Notes: generated by a model not told the origin, from the sequence alone. DNA of 64,000 nucleotides from Acidimicrobiales bacterium (GCA_045807565.1 JBJMHD010000146.1:3085-67084); one strand, 5' to 3'. Numbered from the stretch's first letter, positions 1 to 8,520 are shown. Made by a program: numbers and translations.

Positions 1-1
1 C

Positions 2-1285
2 GTGCACTTCTACGGCGCCAAGGAGGTGGACTACATCCTCCGGGCCACCGAGCCCAGGGTGGTCGTCACCGCCGACCGCTTCGGGCTCACCGACCACCTC
101 GCCACCTGGGACGCGCTGCTCGAGCAGCACGCGGGCCCGCGGTGGCTGGTGGTGGGCGACACGCCCGCGAACCAGCTGCCGAGCGGCGCGTTGGCCTTCG
201 CCGACACCTTGGACGCCGACCCGATCGAGGAGCCCGTCGCGGTCGACCCCGACGCCCCCGCGCTCATCGCGTTCACCTCCGGCACGACGAAGGACCCCAA
301 GGGCGTCATCCACTCCCATCGCACCATCACGTGCGAAGCCCGCCAGCTCGACCACATGTTCCCGAGGGGCGGACCGCCCACGATCACGGGGGCGCCGGTG
401 GGCCACTTCATCGGGATGCTCAACGCCTTCGTGGTGCCGCTGCTGCGCGACACCCCGGTGAACATGGTCGACGTGTGGGACCCCGGCGAGATCCTGCGGC
501 TCATGCTGGCCCACGACATCGGCGTTGGCGGCGGGGCCACCTTCTTCCTGACGAGCGTCCTCGACCACCCCGACCTCACCGACGAGCACCTCGCCCGCAT
601 GCCGTTCGCCGGCCTCGGCGGCTCGTCGGTGCCCGCAGCCGTCACCGAGCGGGCCGAGGGGCTGGGCATCAGGGCGTTCCGCTCCTACGGCAGCACCGAG
701 CACCCGTCGATCACCGGGTCGCTCATCGACGACGACGCCGCCAAGCGCCTCCACACCGATGGCAAGCCGCTGCCTGGGGTGGAGATCCGCCTCGACGAGC
801 ACGGCGAGATCTCCAGCCGCGGTCCCGACTGCTTCGTGGGGTACACCGACCAGGCGCTGACCGACTCCGTCTTCGACGCCGACGGCTGGTACCGCACGGG
901 CGACGTCGGCGTGCTGGATGCCGACGGCTATCTCACGATCACCGACCGCGTGAGCGACATCATCATCCGGGGCGGCGAGAACATCAGCGCCCAGGAGGTG
1001 GAGGAGCTCCTCCTCGGCGTGGACGGGGTGGCCGAGGTCGCCGTCGTCGCCGCTCCCGACGAGCGCATGGGCGAGCGCGCTGCGGCCTTCGTCCGCCTCC
1101 GCGAGGGTTCCCCAGCGCCGACCCTGGAGGACGTCCGGGCCCACCTCGCCGCGACCGGGCTGGCCAAGCAGAAGTGGCCCGAGTCGCTGCACGCCGTGGA
1201 AGGGGACCTCCCCCGCACCCCCTCGGGCAAGGTGCAGAAGTACCGGCTGCGCCAGAGCCTGCGCGACGGCACGCCCTGGAAATGA
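2..1285 (+). CDS. AMP-dependent acyl-CoA synthetase/ligase, 5' end cut by window edge
   Basis: The ORF is open at the window start. It has the AMP-binding motif FTSGTTKDPKGV, a GWYRTGD core and a C-terminal PSGKVQKY lysine loop. Confidence 0.85.
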   Translation: MHFYGAKEVDYILRATEPRVVVTADRFGLTDHLATWDALLEQHAGPRWLVVGDTPANQLPSGALAFADTLDADPIEEPVAVDPDAPALIAFTSGTTKDPKGVIHSHRTITCEARQLDHMFPRGGPPTITGAPVGHFIGMLNAFVVPLLRDTPVNMVDVWDPGEILRLMLAHDIGVGGGATFFLTSVLDHPDLTDEHLARMPFAGLGGSSVPAAVTERAEGLGIRAFRSYGSTEHPSITGSLIDDDAAKRLHTDGKPLPGVEIRLDEHGEISSRGPDCFVGYTDQALTDSVFDADGWYRTGDVGVLDADGYLTITDRVSDIIIRGGENISAQEVEELLLGVDGVAEVAVVAAPDERMGERAAAFVRLREGSPAPTLEDVRAHLAATGLAKQKWPESLHAVEGDLPRTPSGKVQKYRLRQSLRDGTPWK

Positions 1286-1292
1286 CGTTCTC
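1278..1292 (-). promoter_or_regulatory. GAGAA-N5-TTTCC box (GAGAACGTCATTTCC)
   Basis: It spans the stop of the acyl-CoA ligase gene, 44 nt upstream of the TauD operon start. Confidence 0.3.
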
Positions 1293-1335
1293 TACTCACT
1301 AGAGTCACACTTACACCTGTCACGGGAGGACGCCG

Positions 1336-2166
1336 TTGGCCGTCATCACCACCGAGAAGCTGGGCGACACCGTCGGCGCGGCGGTCCACGGCATCGACCG
1401 GGAGCAGCTGCTGCACGACGAGTCGCTGCCCGCGTGGACCCTCGACGCGCTCGAGGAGCACGGCGCGCTGGTGTTCCGCGACCTGCACCTCGACGACGAG
1501 GCGCAGGTGGTGTTCAGCCGCAAGCTCGGCAAGGTCGAGGTGTTCGGCAAGGGCGAGCACCCGGAGATCTTCCGGGTCACCCTGGACGCCGCCAAGAACC
1601 CCGCCGCGCAGTACCTGCGCGGCACCTTCGACTGGCACATCGACGGCTGCACCGACGACATCCCGATCATGGCCACGATGCTCAGCGCCCACGCCGTGGC
1701 CGAGCGCGGCGGCGAGACGGAGTTCGCCAGCTCCTACGCCGCCTACGAGATGCTCGACGACGACGAGAAGGCGACGCTCGAGGACCTGCGCGTGGTGCAC
1801 ACCATCGAGGCGTCGCAGCGGCTGTTCAACCCCGACCCCTCCGCGCAGGAGCTCGAGCACTGGCGGAAGCGCCCCGCGAAGGAGCACCCGCTGGTGTGGC
1901 GCCACCGCTCCGGCCGGAGGTCGCTCGTGCTGGGCGCGACCACCGACCACGTCGTCGGCATGGACCCCGAGGAGGGCCGGGCCCTCCTCGACGACCTGCT
2001 CCACCGGGCCACCACGCCTGACCGGGTCTACCGCCACGAGTGGCGGGTGGGCGACGTCGTGATCTGGGACAACCGAGGGGTGCTGCACCGCGCGCTCCCC
2101 TACGACCCCGCGTCGCCTCGCGACATGCACCGCACGACCTTCGCGGGCGACGAACCGATCCAGTGA
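1336..2166 (+). CDS. TauD/TfdA-family Fe(II)/2-oxoglutarate dioxygenase
   Basis: 276-aa ORF with a TTG start. It has an HxD iron motif in WHIDG, a GGETEFAS segment and a distal His in GVLHRA. Third-codon positions are G/C-rich. Confidence 0.8.
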   Translation: MAVITTEKLGDTVGAAVHGIDREQLLHDESLPAWTLDALEEHGALVFRDLHLDDEAQVVFSRKLGKVEVFGKGEHPEIFRVTLDAAKNPAAQYLRGTFDWHIDGCTDDIPIMATMLSAHAVAERGGETEFASSYAAYEMLDDDEKATLEDLRVVHTIEASQRLFNPDPSAQELEHWRKRPAKEHPLVWRHRSGRRSLVLGATTDHVVGMDPEEGRALLDDLLHRATTPDRVYRHEWRVGDVVIWDNRGVLHRALPYDPASPRDMHRTTFAGDEPIQ

Positions 2167-2930
2167 GCGCAGCGAGCGTGAGCGGACGCAGCGCCATCGT
2201 CACCGGCGGCGCGTCGGGCATCGGCCTCGCCATCAGCCAGCGGCTGGCCAGCGACGGCATCCCCGTCGGCGTGCTCGACCTGCACGGGGACGCCGCCGAG
2301 GAGGCCGCCGCCAAGATCAACGCGGCCGGTGGCACCGCGATGGCGCTCCCCGCTGACGTCACCGATCGCCCGAGCATCGACGCCGCCGTCGCCGCCCTCA
2401 CCGAGGCCCACGGTGCGCCCACGATCCTCGTGAACAACGCCGGGCTCGATGGCTTCTCCCGCTTCCTCGACATCACCCTCGAGCAGTGGAACCGCATCTT
2501 CGAGGTGAACCTCACCGGCACGTTCCACTGCTGCCAGGCGGTTGTGCCCGCGATGCTCGAGGCGGGCTGGGGGCGCATCGTGAACATCTCGTCGTCGAGC
2601 GCGCAGGGCGGTCAGCAGATGATGACCCACTACGCCTCGTCGAAGGCCGGCATGATCGGCTTCACCAAGTCGCTCGCCCTCGAGCTCGGTCCGAAGGGGA
2701 TCACGGTCAACACGATCCCGCCCGGGTTCATCGACACGCCCATGCTGCGGAAGGCGGAGGCGAAGGGGCTGCTCGGCAAGGGCGTGGAGTTCAACGAGGG
2801 CACGACCCCCGTGCGCCGCATCGGACGGCCCGAGGACATCGCCGCCACCTGCTCCTTCCTCGTGCGCGACGAGGCGAGCTACATCACCGGTCAGGTGATC
2901 GGCGTCAACGGCGGCCGGAACACCGGGTGA
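2163..2930 (+). CDS. SDR-family oxidoreductase (FabG-like)
   Basis: The GTG start overlaps the upstream TGA (GTGA). It has the TGGASGIG cofactor motif, NNAG and a catalytic YASSK. The long upstream extension in the ORF track is Arg/Pro-rich and not coding-like. Confidence 0.85.
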   Translation: MSAASVSGRSAIVTGGASGIGLAISQRLASDGIPVGVLDLHGDAAEEAAAKINAAGGTAMALPADVTDRPSIDAAVAALTEAHGAPTILVNNAGLDGFSRFLDITLEQWNRIFEVNLTGTFHCCQAVVPAMLEAGWGRIVNISSSSAQGGQQMMTHYASSKAGMIGFTKSLALELGPKGITVNTIPPGFIDTPMLRKAEAKGLLGKGVEFNEGTTPVRRIGRPEDIAATCSFLVRDEASYITGQVIGVNGGRNTG

Positions 2931-3520
2931 GCCCGCCGCGCATCCCGCCGTTGCCTCCTGCCGAGTGGCCCGAGGCCATGCAGGGCGCGCTCGCTGCGCT
3001 CCAGCCGCCGAACCCGCGCCACCCCCGTCCACCGCGCGATCCCGACCGTCCCAAGGGGCTCAACGTCCTCGGCACCCTCGCCCACCACCCCGACCTCACC
3101 ACCGCGTTCCACACGCTCACGGGGCACGTGCTCTTCGCATCCACGATCACGCCACGGCAGCGCGAGCTGCTCGTGCTGCGCGTCGCCCACCTGCGGCAGG
3201 CCGACTACGAGTGGACCCAGCACGTGCTGCTGGCCTCGGACGCCGGCATCACCGCCGAGGAGGTCGGCCGTGTCGCCGAGGGGCCCGACGCGGCCGGGTG
3301 GGCACCGCTCGAGGCGGCGCTCGTCCGGGCCGTCGACGAGCTCGTCGCCGACGCCCACGTCGCCGAGGCCACCTGGTCGGTGCTGGCCCAGCACCTGGAC
3401 ACCCACCAGCTCATGGACGTCGTGTTCACGGTCGGCACCTACGAGGTGCTCGCCATGGCGCTGCGCACCTTCGGGGTGGAGCTGGACGCCGACCTTGTCC
3501 GGAAACCGGCTTCTCCGTAG
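2927..3520 (+). CDS. carboxymuconolactone decarboxylase (AhpD-like) family protein
   Basis: The GTG start overlaps the upstream stop (GTGA). The helical CMD-like core runs RQRELLVLRVAHLRQADYEWTQH ... FTVGTYEVLAMAL. No CxxC motif is present. Confidence 0.65.
   Translation: MSPPRIPPLPPAEWPEAMQGALAALQPPNPRHPRPPRDPDRPKGLNVLGTLAHHPDLTTAFHTLTGHVLFASTITPRQRELLVLRVAHLRQADYEWTQHVLLASDAGITAEEVGRVAEGPDAAGWAPLEAALVRAVDELVADAHVAEATWSVLAQHLDTHQLMDVVFTVGTYEVLAMALRTFGVELDADLVRKPASP
3501..3515 (-). promoter_or_regulatory. GAGAA-N5-TTTCC box (GAGAAGCCGGTTTCC)
   Basis: It lies at the 3' end of the CMD gene, 55 nt upstream of the Rieske-1 ATG. An extended -10-like TGCTATCCT follows at 3531..3539. Confidence 0.3.
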
Positions 3521-3569
3521 ATGAGATCCATGCTATCCTCACACGTCGCTACCCACTGAAGAGGTCGAG

Positions 3570-4862
3570 ATGGCGCACTTCACCAAGCCCGAGGCGGGCA
3601 GCTGGACCGAGCAGTACCCCGACCTCGGCACCGGTCCCGTGTCCTACGAGGACTCCATCTCCCCCGCCTACTACGAGGTGGAGCGCGAGGCGATCTTCAA
3701 GCACTCCTGGCTGAACGTCGGCCGGGTGGAGCAGCTCCCTCGCAAGGGCGCCTACTTCACCAAGGAGATCGACGCCGCCCGCACGTCGGTGATCGTGGTG
3801 CGCGGCACCGACGGCGAGGTGCGCGCCTTCCACAACATCTGCCGCCACCGCGGCAACAAGCTGGTGTGGAACGACTACCCGGGCGAGGAGGTCGACGGCA
3901 CCTGCCGCCAGTTCACCTGCAAGTACCACGGGTGGCGCTACGACCTGGAGGGCGCCCTCACCTTCGTGCAGCAGGAGTCGGAGTTCTTCGACCTCGACAA
4001 GGCCGACTACGGGCTGGTGGCCGTGCAGTGCGAGGTGTGGGAGGGCTTCATCTTCGTCAACCTCGACCCGGACAACACCGAGTCGGCGGCGTCGTACCTC
4101 GGCGACCTGGGCGCCGGCCTCGCGGGGTACCCGTTCGACGAGATGACGGCGGTCTACAAGTACCGCGCCGACGTCGGGAGCAACTGGAAGCTCTTCATCG
4201 ACGCCTTCGCCGAGTTCTACCACGCACCTGTCCTGCACGCGAAGCAAGCCGTGGCCGACGAGTCGCACAAGCTCCAGGGGTACGGCTACGAGGCGCTCGC
4301 CTACGGCATCGACGGTCCCCACAGCATGGTGTCGTCGTGGGGCGGCATGTCCCCGCCCAAGGACCTCGGCATGGTGAAGCCCATCGAGCGGGTGCTGCGG
4401 AGCGGCCTGTTCGGCCCGTGGGACAAGCCCGACATCGGCATCGACGAGCTGCCACCCGGTCTCAACCCCGCGCGCCACAAGGCGTGGGGCACCGACTCGT
4501 TCGTGTTCTTCCCGAACTTCATGGTGCTCGTGTGGGAGCCGGGCTGGTACCTCACGTACCACTACTGGCCGACCGCCTACAACCGCCACACCTTCGAGGG
4601 GACGCTCTACTTCGTGCCGCCGAAGAACGCGACCGAGCGCCTGCGCCAGGAGCTCGCCGCGGTGACGTTCAAGGAGTACGCGCTGCAGGACGGCAACACG
4701 CTGGAGGCCACCCAGCGCAGCATCGAGTCGCGCGCCGTCACGGCCTTCCCCCTCAACGACCAGGAGATCCTCCTGCGCCACCTGCACAAGACGGCGCGGG
4801 ACAAGGTCGCCGCGTTCCAGCAGCGGAACGAGACCTCCGTCCAGATCTCCGCGGCATCCTGA
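3570..4862 (+). CDS. Rieske [2Fe-2S] non-heme iron oxygenase, alpha subunit (copy 1)
   Basis: The Rieske motif is CRHRG...CKYHGW, with a mononuclear iron region EFYHAPVLH. It is a clear paralog of 53487..54758. Confidence 0.85.
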   Translation: MAHFTKPEAGSWTEQYPDLGTGPVSYEDSISPAYYEVEREAIFKHSWLNVGRVEQLPRKGAYFTKEIDAARTSVIVVRGTDGEVRAFHNICRHRGNKLVWNDYPGEEVDGTCRQFTCKYHGWRYDLEGALTFVQQESEFFDLDKADYGLVAVQCEVWEGFIFVNLDPDNTESAASYLGDLGAGLAGYPFDEMTAVYKYRADVGSNWKLFIDAFAEFYHAPVLHAKQAVADESHKLQGYGYEALAYGIDGPHSMVSSWGGMSPPKDLGMVKPIERVLRSGLFGPWDKPDIGIDELPPGLNPARHKAWGTDSFVFFPNFMVLVWEPGWYLTYHYWPTAYNRHTFEGTLYFVPPKNATERLRQELAAVTFKEYALQDGNTLEATQRSIESRAVTAFPLNDQEILLRHLHKTARDKVAAFQQRNETSVQISAAS

Positions 4863-4873
4863 GGAGTCCCACC

Positions 4874-5200
4874 ATGGCCACCCTTCCCCCGGACTTCGCC
4901 GATCTCGAGCCGTTCGTCGACTGGTCGCTCGAGACGGAGGCCGAGCGCTACGCCAAGCGGCTCGCCAGCACCATGGACGAGCTGCAGGCGTTCTACGACG
5001 CGGCCTTCCCGCGCCTCGAAGACGCGATGGCCCACCTCGACGCCCTCGACCTCGGCGCGCTGCCCGAGGACGCCACCCGTCTGCTGTGGCTCTGCTACTC
5101 GCTCGTCAACGCATCGTTCCCCGTCGAGGTGTGGCGGCAGCCCCGTGTGCCCGACAGCGGCGCCGCGAGCATGGACCTGGTGGTGGAGCCGGCGGTCTGA
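4874..5200 (+). CDS. small helical protein of unknown function, partner of Rieske oxygenase (copy 1)
   Basis: The ATG lies 12 nt after the Rieske stop. The ORF is 108 aa with G/C-rich third positions. About 60 of ~110 hand-aligned residues are identical to 53158..53490, which sits in the same position behind the paralogous Rieske gene. Confidence 0.6.
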   Translation: MATLPPDFADLEPFVDWSLETEAERYAKRLASTMDELQAFYDAAFPRLEDAMAHLDALDLGALPEDATRLLWLCYSLVNASFPVEVWRQPRVPDSGAASMDLVVEPAV

Positions 5201-5219
5201 GAAGCGGGCGGCCAGCCGG

Positions 5220-5234
5220 GAGAACATCGTTCTC
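5220..5234. promoter_or_regulatory. perfect palindrome GAGAAC-ATC-GTTCTC, candidate TetR operator
   Basis: Read directly from the sequence. It lies 31 nt upstream of the TetR ATG at 5265. A TAGGGT -10-like hexamer sits at 5253..5258. Confidence 0.5.
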
Positions 5235-5264
5235 ACAGAAGTAGAAGCCAGGTAGGGTGGCCCC

Positions 5265-5963
5265 ATGACCTCCCAGGAGCCGGCGGACGGCACGACCGAA
5301 GCCGGCACCACCTGGCGAGATCTGGCCGTCGCCCGGTCCCTCGACCCGGCGCGGGCCCGAGCCGAGAAGCGCGTGCAGCGCTTCCTCGACGCCGCCGTCG
5401 AGCTGATGAGCAGCTCGGAGAACAAGGACTTCACCGTGCAGCAGGTGGTGGAGCGCTCGGGGCAGTCGCTCCGCAGCTTCTACCAGTACTTCGCCGGCAA
5501 GTACGAGCTCCTGCTCGCGCTGTTCGAGGAGTCGGTCCGATCCACCGCCGAGCACCTCGCCGACACGGTGGAGCCCATCGAGGATCCCCTGGACAAGCTC
5601 CAAGCCTTCCTCGTGGAGTACTACCGCATCTGCACGCCCACGCCGAAGGGCAAGCCCGGTCCCAAGCGAGCGGGGCCGAACCCCGCCGCCATCGCCGAGT
5701 TCGCGCAGCAGCTCCTCACCGAGCACCCCCGGGAGGCGGCCGAGGCCTTCACGCCCCTCGTCAGCCTGCTCGAGGGGATGCTCACCGATGCCGCCACCGC
5801 CGGCGTCCTGCGCTCCGACATCAACCACCGGCGCATCGCGGGGATCCTGCTGCAGGAGATCATGTTCAACGCGTTCGCGTCCACGATCAGCGGCACGTCC
5901 GTGCGCGAGGGCGGCGCCGACGACCTGTGGGACCTCGTGCTGCACGGCATCGCCGCCCGCTGA
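5265..5963 (+). CDS. TetR-family transcriptional regulator
   Basis: The N-terminal HTH is FTVQQVVERSGQSLRSFYQYFAGKYELLLALF. A perfect palindrome lies 31 nt upstream. Confidence 0.85.
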   Translation: MTSQEPADGTTEAGTTWRDLAVARSLDPARARAEKRVQRFLDAAVELMSSSENKDFTVQQVVERSGQSLRSFYQYFAGKYELLLALFEESVRSTAEHLADTVEPIEDPLDKLQAFLVEYYRICTPTPKGKPGPKRAGPNPAAIAEFAQQLLTEHPREAAEAFTPLVSLLEGMLTDAATAGVLRSDINHRRIAGILLQEIMFNAFASTISGTSVREGGADDLWDLVLHGIAAR

Positions 5964-5998
5964 GCGGGCGCGGTCCGCTAAGGTCACTCTCCTACGGC

Positions 5999-6013
5999 GA
6001 TAACGCCATTCTC
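5999..6013 (-). promoter_or_regulatory. GAGAA-N5-TTATC box (GAGAATGGCGTTATC)
   Basis: It lies in the 66-nt gap between the TetR gene and the LLM monooxygenase gene, immediately 5' of the SD. Confidence 0.3.
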
Positions 6014-6029
6014 AGGAGGAGCCGCCGTC

Positions 6030-7370
6030 GTGCCCAAGCGCCAGATGTCGCTCGTCGGCTTCATGCAGGCCGGCAGCACCACGGTGTACGCGGGCTCGTG
6101 GCGCCACCCAGCCACCGAGCACGGGTTCCTCGAGGCGAGCTACTACCAGAAGCTCGGCCGCACCCTCGAAGAGGGGTGCTTCGACATGATGTTCTTCGAC
6201 GACCGGCTCGCGATGCCGGGCGTCTACGGCGGGTCGGTCGCCGACGCCGTGCGCCTCGGGGCTCGTCCGGTGAAGCTCGACCTCAGCGTGGTGCTCGGCG
6301 TGCTGGCCGGGGCCACCGACCACATCGGCCTGGGCGCCACCTACTCCACCACCTACTACACGCCGTTCCACGTGGCCCGAACGTTCGCGACGCTCGACCA
6401 CCTCACCGGCGGGCGAGCCGCCTGGAACGTGGTCACGTCGGTGAACGACAGCGAGGCGCAGAACTTCGGCTTCACCGAGGTCATCCCCCACGACGCGCGC
6501 TACGACCGCGCCGACGAGTTCCTCGAGGCGACCACTGGCCTGTGGGACACGTGGGAGGACGACGCGCTCATCCTCGACCGCGAGAGCGGGACGTTCGCCG
6601 ATCCCACCAAGGTGCACGAGCTCGGCTACGCCGGGGAGTGGTTCGACGTGCGCGGGCCGCTCACCGTGCCCCGCTCGCCACAGGGCCGGCCGGTGCTGCT
6701 GCAGGCGGGCTCGTCCGGGCGCGGGCGCGACTTCGCCGGTCGCTGGGCGGAGCTCATCTTCACCGGCGATCCCGGCATCGAGGTCGCCCGGAACCACTAC
6801 AAGGACCAGAAGGATCGCATCGCCGAGCTCGGGCGCGACCCCGCGATGGTGAAGATGCTGCCGATGGCCTACACGGTCGTCGGCGAGTCGCAAGGCCACG
6901 CCGAGGAGCGCGAGCAGCTCTTCCTCAACGAGCTCGTGGACCCGAAGGCGTCGCTCACGCTGCTGTCGGAGCTCATGAACTACGACTTCTCCGGTCTCGA
7001 GCTCGACGCGCCGATCACCGACGAGCTCATCGAGTCGGCGTCGGGCATCCGCGGCCTGGTGCAGAACCTCCGGAAGCACATCGGCCACGACCTCACCCTC
7101 GCCGACCTGGCCGGCCACCGGGCCACGCTGCTGCAGGGCCCACGCTTCGTCGGCACCGGACGAGCGGTGGCCGACCAGATGGAGGAGTGGTTCGAGGGCG
7201 ATGCCTGCGACGGCTTCGTGATCGCGGCGACCCACTCCCCCGGCGCCTACGAGGACGTCGTGCGCCTCGTCGTGCCCGAGCTCCAGAAGCGCGGCGTCTT
7301 CCGAGACCGCTACACCGGCACCACCTTGCGCGACCACCTCGGGATCGAGCGACCCGCCTGCGGCTCGTGA
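6030..7370 (+). CDS. LLM-class flavin-dependent monooxygenase, NtaA/SnaA/DszA subfamily
   Basis: The GTG start has an AGGAGGA SD 9 nt upstream. The N-terminus MSLVGFMQAGSTTVYAGSWRH and the ~445 aa length are typical of the NtaA/DszA type. Confidence 0.85.
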   Translation: MPKRQMSLVGFMQAGSTTVYAGSWRHPATEHGFLEASYYQKLGRTLEEGCFDMMFFDDRLAMPGVYGGSVADAVRLGARPVKLDLSVVLGVLAGATDHIGLGATYSTTYYTPFHVARTFATLDHLTGGRAAWNVVTSVNDSEAQNFGFTEVIPHDARYDRADEFLEATTGLWDTWEDDALILDRESGTFADPTKVHELGYAGEWFDVRGPLTVPRSPQGRPVLLQAGSSGRGRDFAGRWAELIFTGDPGIEVARNHYKDQKDRIAELGRDPAMVKMLPMAYTVVGESQGHAEEREQLFLNELVDPKASLTLLSELMNYDFSGLELDAPITDELIESASGIRGLVQNLRKHIGHDLTLADLAGHRATLLQGPRFVGTGRAVADQMEEWFEGDACDGFVIAATHSPGAYEDVVRLVVPELQKRGVFRDRYTGTTLRDHLGIERPACGS

Positions 7371-8401
7371 GGCGGCTCCGCGTCGTCCAGTGGGCGACGG
7401 GGAACATCGGCACGCGCTCGCTGCGCGGCGTCATCGAGCACCCCGACCTCGAGCTGGTCGGCGTCCACGTGTACGACCCTCACAAGGTGGGGCGCGATGC
7501 CAGCGAGCTGGCCGGGGTCGCGCCCACCGGCGTGCTGGCCACGGGCTCGCTCGACGCGGTGCTGGCGCTCGAGCCCGACTGCGTCCTGTACATGCCGCGC
7601 GCGTGCGACCTCGACGAGGTCGCTCGCCTGCTGGGGGCCGGCGCGAACGTGGTGACGACGCGCGGCGAGTTCCACCGACCGGCCAGCATGGATGCGGCAC
7701 ACCGCGCCCACATCGAGGCTGCGTGCACGGCGGGCGGCGCGTCGATCCACAGCACCGGCAGCAGCCCCGGCTTCATCACCGAGGCTCTGCCCATCGTGCT
7801 CACGTCGATCCAGCGGCGACTCGATCGGGTCCTGATCGAGGAGTTCGCCGATCTCTCCCAGCGACCGTCGCCCGGGCTCCTCTTCGACGTCATGGGCTTC
7901 GGGCGCGAGCCGGCGGCGGTCGGCAAGGGGCGCCTCGACCACGGCCGCACCAGCTTCGGCCCGTCGCTGCACCTCCTCGCCGACGCGCTGGGTGCACCGC
8001 TCGACGAGCTGCAGGCGAGCGGGGAGATGGCGGTGGCGCGCCAGCAGACCGTCATCGCTGCCGGGGTGATCGACGCGGGGATGACGGCGGCGCAGCGAAC
8101 CACCGTCACGGGCCTGCGCGGCGGCCGCCCCTTCCTCGACTTCCGCGCCACCTGGTACTGCACCACCGACCTCGACGCCGACTGGGAGCTCGGGGCGACG
8201 GGCTGGCGGGTGACGGTCGACGGCGATGCGCCGTTGCGGGTGGAGCTCCCGTTCCCGTTCCCGATCGAGGAGATGGCGGAGCGCTCCCCCGGCTACACCG
8301 CCAACCGTGCCGTCAACGCGGTGCCCGTGGTGTGCGCCTCCTCCCCTGGGATCCGCACCACCGTGGACCTGCCGCAGGTCATCGCCCAGCTCGGCACCTG
8401 A
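7367..8401 (+). CDS. NAD(P)-binding DapB-N-like / amine-dehydrogenase-like family protein (copy 1)
   Basis: The GTG start overlaps the upstream stop (GTGA). The N-terminal motif is RVVQWATGNIGTRSL. It is a paralog of 22051..23118. Confidence 0.65.
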   Translation: MRRLRVVQWATGNIGTRSLRGVIEHPDLELVGVHVYDPHKVGRDASELAGVAPTGVLATGSLDAVLALEPDCVLYMPRACDLDEVARLLGAGANVVTTRGEFHRPASMDAAHRAHIEAACTAGGASIHSTGSSPGFITEALPIVLTSIQRRLDRVLIEEFADLSQRPSPGLLFDVMGFGREPAAVGKGRLDHGRTSFGPSLHLLADALGAPLDELQASGEMAVARQQTVIAAGVIDAGMTAAQRTTVTGLRGGRPFLDFRATWYCTTDLDADWELGATGWRVTVDGDAPLRVELPFPFPIEEMAERSPGYTANRAVNAVPVVCASSPGIRTTVDLPQVIAQLGT

Positions 8402-8460
8402 CACCGCCGCTCGGGGTCCCCCGCGGCTGCTCACAGACCTCCAACTGCACTTGACGGTTT

Positions 8461-8496
8461 TCGCAGATCGTATTATGTAGTACTCGACATCTGCGA
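8461..8496. promoter_or_regulatory. inverted repeat TCGCAGAT-N20-ATCTGCGA in the hsp20 upstream region
   Basis: The arms are a perfect 8 bp. The repeat lies in the only AT-rich stretch near hsp20. A TTGACG -35-like hexamer is at 8451..8456 and a TATTAT is inside the spacer. Confidence 0.35.
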
Positions 8497-8520
8497 TTGC
8501 ACTCTCGAAGGGGGTTACCG

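Noticed and set aside
1281-1292. Exact 12-mer AATGACGTTCTC shared with 11473..11484, as possible evidence of a repeat element.
   Set aside because: A single shared 12-mer between two places in 64 kb is within chance expectation. In the second site it is simply the BVMO start codon region. I kept it only as part of the box analysis.
928-2130. 400-aa antisense ORF opposite the acyl-CoA ligase and TauD genes. The six-frame track has many similar long ORFs, e.g. 6012..7337 -, 8906..9871 -, 11453..13138 -, 14693..17200 -, 17152..18507 -, 18498..19997 -, 23078..25198 -, 24892..26649 -, 29702..31735 -, 32112..34559 +, 34523..37567 +, 45152..47017 -, 52521..54668 +.
   Set aside because: These are typical high-G+C shadow frames. 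They are extremely Arg/Ala/Gly/Pro/His-rich, show no recognisable motifs, and each lies opposite or out of frame with an ORF that has clear family signatures and G/C-rich third positions.
5220-5234. Calling the GAGAAC-N3-GTTCTC box a KstR or KstR2 operator, and therefore calling the island a cholesterol regulon.
   Set aside because: The KstR consensus as I remember it (TnnAACnnGTTnnA) has a 2-nt centre, whereas this box has 3 nt. The KstR2 consensus is different again. The similarity is only in the half-site flavour, so naming it would be over-reach.
5927-7366. Apparent 824-aa ORF 5927..8401, and similar long N-terminal extensions (2040.., 2486.., 14678.., 18225.., 21805.., 24742.., 27654.., 30491.., 31471.., 42587.., 54697.., 57109..).
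   Set aside because: Only the C-terminal part has protein-like composition and motifs. The upstream part overlaps a well-supported gene in another frame. In each case a GTG/ATG/TTG at a 4-nt stop overlap, or one behind an SD, gives a sensible start.
8440-8520. Canonical HspR operator (HAIR, CTTGAGT-N7-ACTCAAG) upstream of hsp20.
   Set aside because: I looked for it on both strands and found only fragments (CTTGACG, ACTCGAC) with the wrong spacing. I report the TCGCAGAT/ATCTGCGA repeat instead and do not call it HAIR.
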